Positions 59,101-64,000 of a stretch of DNA of 64,000 nt are shown one piece after another. The stretch is taken from positions 122,257 to 186,256 of the forward strand of contig NW_019218229.1 of assembly GCF_002571385.2 (NCBI RefSeq), given 5' to 3'. The notes below the pieces were generated by a model. It did not search any database, was not told the DNA's origin, and worked only from the letters and a program-made list of their open reading frames with translations. Position numbers and translations under genes: made by a program. The stretch is from Stylophora pistillata. Taxonomy: Eukaryota. How positions within the stretch are numbered: position 1 is the stretch's first letter; the number at the start of each line of letters is the position of its first letter.

Positions 59101-60987
59101 ATGCAAAGTGGAATATGTATCTGCATGTAAAGTAGCTGTACCATTCTTCATTCAAAGAAGATGTAACTGGCCAGACCTAACTTATAACCTTTCTTAACGT
59201 ATAAAAATAACAGTTTCCTGTCACAGACACATAAAATGGCAAAAAGGCAGGCAGACAGACATTGACACATTGAAGTTACAGGTCGGAGTTTCTGTCTTCT
59301 CCCACTTACCATTACAGAGAATTGCTCTGCTGAGACCCAAAGCATCTGCAGTTGATGAACTCATGTGTTCTACTATGCGATGTTTCATTTTCTTTAATAC
59401 TGTGCAATAAAAAACGAAAACAAGTTAGTGAACATGGGTGAATCTGTCTCTTAACTGATATGACTAAAGGGTACGGAGTAAATAACCCTTACGTAAATCA
59501 AATTTTCCCTATGTTTTTCAAGGAAATACAAGAAAGTTTGGGAGAAAATTTCAGCAGTCTATCAGGTCCTTAAAAAAATCCCTTCAATCGCGAACTTCCA
59601 ATGCCTTTTTCAAAAAAGCATCACATTGATAAAAAGGTATTAAATAAATACACAAATAAATATATAAATCATACATGTACCATATCAGTCAGATAAATGT
59701 ATCATTAAATTACTTTATATATCAGAGTTTTTGCTCTTTTCACTCACTAATATCCAGAGTTTTTCCTTCTGTTGGTTCAGCATGTAGCTTGACATAGTTT
59801 ATGGTAACTTCTTCCTAATTTGAGAAGATAGAAGGGTAGTATTCAGTGACAAAATTTGTAGCTTGAACTAAAAATAATCTTGAATACTGTAATAAATTTT
59901 ATGATTTTTTAAGCTGTCATGTATGTTTTCTTCATACATCTGAGGCATACATCAATAAAACAATACAGTCTACTGTACAAAAAGTTAGTCAAGTTGGGTG
60001 TTAACTCGATGTCATAAATATTAAGTCTAACATGATTCTAAATCATTTAACACAGTATAAGTGCAAACAAAAAATTACCTATTGAAAATAAATAATTATA
60101 CTGTGAGTCTTAAAAAAAAAGAAAGAAAAAGTAATGTTAAAAAAAAGAAAAACAGTGGAAATCAAGTAATCTTACTGTATATTTGACCCTACAACTCCCA
60201 AGACCCAAATATCAATTCTCCTTACTAACTGCCATACAATGCTTGCAACTTTAAGTTGGGAAATTTCTTGTTGAGAAAGGCCATTTTCTCAAGTGGATGT
60301 AAATCTTTCCTATTACCTATTGCTTCACATTAAATTGATATTGTGAGCAGAAATCACAAACTGGAAACTTATGAGAATGGAAGGGCTAATTTAAGAAAAA
60401 CTAGTCAGATTAGGATTCAATGAAAGTTTCATAAATTAATTAATAATTGATGAAACTTTTGAACAATAATTATGAATCCAAATCACTCAGTCATGAAAGG
60501 CTCTGCTTTTCATCCAAAGCTAAATTTGGCTTATCGTCCATTCCATTCATCGAACAGTTTGCTATAAGTTGAATTCCTTGTTATGTGTTCAGAACAGAGG
60601 AATTAAGGAAACGTACTTTAACGGCTTGAATAGCTCGAGCCACGTCGACTTTTGTTTTTCCTCTGAGAGATTTTCCATTGACACCGACAATTTCATCGCC
60701 TGCCTGAAGCACACCTTCTCGGGAAGCTGGAGTGTTATCAAATACTTGAACTACATACAGGCAAGGACAAAGAGGAGCTCCTCCACCGATGCTTATTCCT
60801 ATTAAATTTTGCTTGTCTTTTTTTAACACCACCGATCCTGGTTTTCCTTGTAGTCCCCTGACAGCGAAAAAAAAAATCAAGAAAAAGAACCCTTAAATGA
60901 AACGAACTTCGAGATCGAGGGATTTAATAAAGATATCTAATTACTTTTCACATACCTGGGGTCTATTTCATACTCATATTCCATCAT
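56155..60987 (-). CDS. PICK1: PRKCA-binding protein PICK1 (PDZ plus BAR/AH), ~371 aa as read
   Basis: Exons 60987-60956, 60857-60617, 59814-59748, 59399-59310, 59034-58981, 58878-58816, 57970-57883, 57679-57601, 57476-57417, 57279-57229, 57046-56997, 56846-56752, 56300-56155 (1116 nt). Motifs LKKDKQNLIGISIGGGAPLCPCLY, ADALGLSRAILCND, YCLKVKEMDDEE, VLVKLELLDQKHVQDIV, FPIEVDL. The exact C-terminus is uncertain. Confidence 0.94.
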
Positions 60988-61142
60988 TTTGAGGGAATAA
61001 AATATTTTCAAATCGTTTGTAAACTTCGATTTGATCAGTTTTTAATCTTTAGTCTACACCTTGAGCCTTCTGTACACTAGCGGTTTTTTCAAAGAACATG
61101 AGCACTGTTTTCTTCGGTACCAGTCCACTGAAAAAAGACAGC

Positions 61143-61157
61143 GTTGTCCAGGACAAC
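61143..61157. promoter_or_regulatory. RFX X-box in the 253 bp bidirectional PICK1/DRC3 promoter
   Basis: Palindrome GTTGTCCAGGACAAC (GTTGYY-N3-RRCAAC), 84 bp upstream of the ATG of a motile-cilium gene. Confidence 0.7.
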
Positions 61158-61240
61158 AAGAAACAGTGCGAAGTTTGAAAGTTTTTCGTGGTCATTTGAA
61201 CAAATGTAGCCTGTCAGTCGAATTCTTCTTTCTTTCCACC

Positions 61241-63765
61241 ATGAGTCGTCTTTATGACACGATTGAACCCTCTGTCATTGATGAGCAGATGCTAAAAAAT
61301 GCTGTAGAGGAACAAGGACCGAAAGGTGAAGCTGGAAGGATAGCAAAACAAGAGGGAATCGACTTTGGAGATGTACTTTCCCTCAGACTTGATTTCAAAA
61401 GTAGGTTTTAAATTCCCTTTAAAGCCGTGGAAATACCTTCAGAATTCTTTTATGTATTATATCTTTCTTTACCATTATATCTATTTTATTTTCTGTACAA
61501 AGATATTTTGAAAATCGACAACTTATGGAGTCTAGTGAACCTGACCAAGTTGCAAATGGACAACAACATCATCGAGAGGATAGAGGGCCTGGATCTGCTC
61601 GTGAACTTGGAGTGGTTAGGTATAAAACTATTAGAAAATATTTGAAACGCACAAAGCCTTCGACAATAAAACAGTTACTCAGCAGCATTAACGTTTACAC
61701 CGAAACTTCCACGAATACATGACCTACTCAATAACCAGCACCCGGCCCTACCTCTCCACCGACCACCTATTACACCGGTAACCAGTGAAGTCACCTGAGA
61801 GTCATCTCACCCGAAGTCATGTCGCCCAAAACCTGAGTCATGTTGCCATAAATTTTAGTCATGAGTTTGGTTTCAGGCAATATGACTTTGGGCGACATCA
61901 TTGACCTCTGGGCAACTTGACCATAAACCATTAAAACAATACATGTAGATAGGGGCATTCAACCAACTGGTAATGGTGGGGAAGGCCTCAATGAGATTAA
62001 GTAACTTTGCCTTTGTGAAGTGGTAACTTTCATGGAATGTTGAACACTTGTGGAGCCACACAAGCGACAAAGATTAAAGAGGAGCAATTGCAATTCCTTA
62101 GCAGTGTCTCCCCAAAAATAACACTTTTTTTCCCAAAAGAGAGATCACAATTTTTTCTTTAAATTAAATTATTCATATTTTTACATTTTGAATGTTAACC
62201 GTTACACAAGTAAACCTGCACTAGTCTGTGCTGAACAAATGACACTAATTATACCAGCCAAACTAACAATTTATGATAAGGATCACTCAAAAGTCTATCA
62301 ACATCTTAATTTGCTTGGTTCAACATTTTTTTGCAGATCTTTCATTTAACAATATTGAAATTATTGAGGGACTGGATAAACTTACCAAGATGAAGGATCT
62401 GACACTTTACAATAACAGAATATCAAAAATTGAAAACATGGAGTCTCTTACCCAGCTTCATGTGTTTTCTATTGGGAACAACAGCCTAAAACAGCTAGAT
62501 AATGTGAGTATATTTCAACAATAGAGGGCTAAGTGGGTTAGAAAACTGTAATAGGTTATTGCACTTCCCTCTTTAAATAAAGTTATTTTATTGTATTGTA
62601 TTGTAAGTGGGTAGCAATGCATAAAATAATGGGCATAAAAGGCAAACACAAAAATTGAATTTTGTGTTAACTTTTGGCAGTCATTCTGGTCAAATTGGAT
62701 TTGTTCAAGGTAATTCTTTATTTTTAGAATTCAAACCATAACAATTTTTTAGAACATGATTGGTTATCACCTGCCTGATATGAGCTCTAATAGGACCATG
62801 TTTGCATAATACTTGTAAGTGGACACTATCAACTTCATGCAAGTGACTGGCATGACATTGACACTGTCCAATTACAAAATGTAATTGGTCACTTCACTTC
62901 ATGTTCGTGTGCTTTTGCTGATTTTGCTGAGTTCATTGTCATTTTTTATTTATCAAAACACATGAGGCAATGGCTTGTTTGTTTCTAAAATTTTGTCGTA
63001 GTTTTGATTAATTGGTAACAGGACTTAATGTGTTATCCAATTCTGTCTGTAGTCGTACTCCAAGTTTATAAATCAGACTTGCACTTTGTGGTCGTCAATG
63101 GCTCCTATGATTACGGACCAAATTGGACCCCACTCTGTCCTATTATCATTTATTGCTAATTAATCATGTTTAATTATGAATTAGATTGTTACTTTTGCGG
63201 TTAATGTCAAGTTTTAGTGAGTACATGATATTCAAAGGAAAGGCAAAAATTAAAACTCACTAAAGTTACCCAGGCCAATTTAGGGGGTACTTCAATTCAT
63301 CCACAAACTGCAAACTCTGCTTTCAGTGGAAAACTATGCCCCTGTTAGAAATGACACTGACACAAATTTAAATTAATAGCTTCTTAAAGATTAAACTCCA
63401 AAAAAGTTCTGAATTTGTGAAACTCAGTGTTTCCTGACTCTCATTGTGCCCTGGAATCAGTTAAACATAATTCAATAAAATCATCTTTGGTTGTTTAGGT
63501 AATTTATCTCAGAAAATTCAAGTCCTTGAGAACTTTAAACCTTAGTGGAAACCCATTTTCTGAGGAAGCCAATTACAAAGAGTATGTAATTGCCCATCTA
63601 CCAGACCTTGTCTACCTGGACTTTCGCCTGATTGACGAATCAGCTCGAGAAGCTGCAACAGAGAAATACAGATACTCTATAGAGGAACTGGTTCATGATG
63701 AGACAGTAGCCAAGAGAAAACAGGATGAAATGGATGAAAAACAAAAGGAGAGACAATTGCACAAG
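61241..63765 (+). CDS. DRC3: Dynein regulatory complex subunit 3 (LRRC48), 5' part; the gene continues beyond the window
   Basis: Exons 61241-61400, 61503-61619, 62337-62503, 63499-63765. MSRLYDTIEPSVIDEQML..VEEQGPKGEAGRIAK.EGIDF.DVLSLRLDFKNILKIDNLW, SDS22-like LRRs (LDLSFNNIEIIEGL), LRR cap LPDLVYLDFRLID. Confidence 0.93.
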
Positions 63766-63786
63766 GTATGTAGAGGGAAACTCTTA

Positions 63787-63915
63787 CAGTGTGGAGGTTG
63801 GTAGCAGTGTGAAAGTTGGTAGCAGTGTGAAAGTTGGTAGCAGTGTGAAAGTTGGGAGTAGTGTGAAAGTAAATGTTGTAGCAGTGTGAAAGTTGGGATT
63901 AGTGTGGAAGTTGGT
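63787..63915. repeat. 18-bp minisatellite (CAGTGTGAAAGTTGGTAG)n in a DRC3 intron
   Basis: About 7 imperfect copies, starting just after the exon-4 donor. Confidence 0.85.
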
Positions 63916-64000
63916 GGCCTTCCTTTTGATCGATAAGTAAAATTAATGTATCGCAGGAAGGAAGAAAGATTGCAAATGAGATCTTGAGAGTTCAAGGGTC

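Larger units (their letters stand above)
46634..60169 (+). repeat. Segmental duplication unit B
   Basis: Counterpart of unit A. Offsets run from 16955 at the start to 15167 at the PICK1 3' end because of unit-specific indels. Confidence 0.95.

Noticed and set aside
63693-63995. Minus-strand ORF with (QLSHCY)n
   Set aside because: It is the translation of the intronic 18-bp minisatellite.

Overview
This is intron-rich, AT-rich animal genomic DNA; gene content and repeat families point to a stony coral or other anthozoan (inference). Spliced gene models read by hand, in order: a secreted dermatopontin/hemagglutinin-like gene (+) with an Arg/Trp/Pro-rich N-terminal segment; CRYM (-) head-to-head with ARPC1 (+); IFT56/TTC26 (-, 22 coding exons); a 302-N gap; a ~15-17 kb tandem segmental duplication (unit A ~29.7-44.96 kb, unit B ~45.0-60.17 kb) carrying a PAN-plus-fibrinogen-like gene, a divergent WDR5-like gene and PICK1; then DRC3/LRRC48 (+, head-to-head with PICK1, running off the window). 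Main observations: (1) an older duplication of the bidirectional IFT56/WDR5-like promoter, in which each copy kept the start and YY1-type motif for one gene and lost those of the other; (2) reciprocal gene loss between the two recent units, leaving exactly one complete copy of each gene; (3) a single decayed LINE split into two halves 16.5 kb apart by a hairpin element that also marks the duplication breakpoint; (4) a fold-back palindrome unique to each unit. The recent duplication could instead be two haplotypes assembled in tandem; read data are needed to decide.
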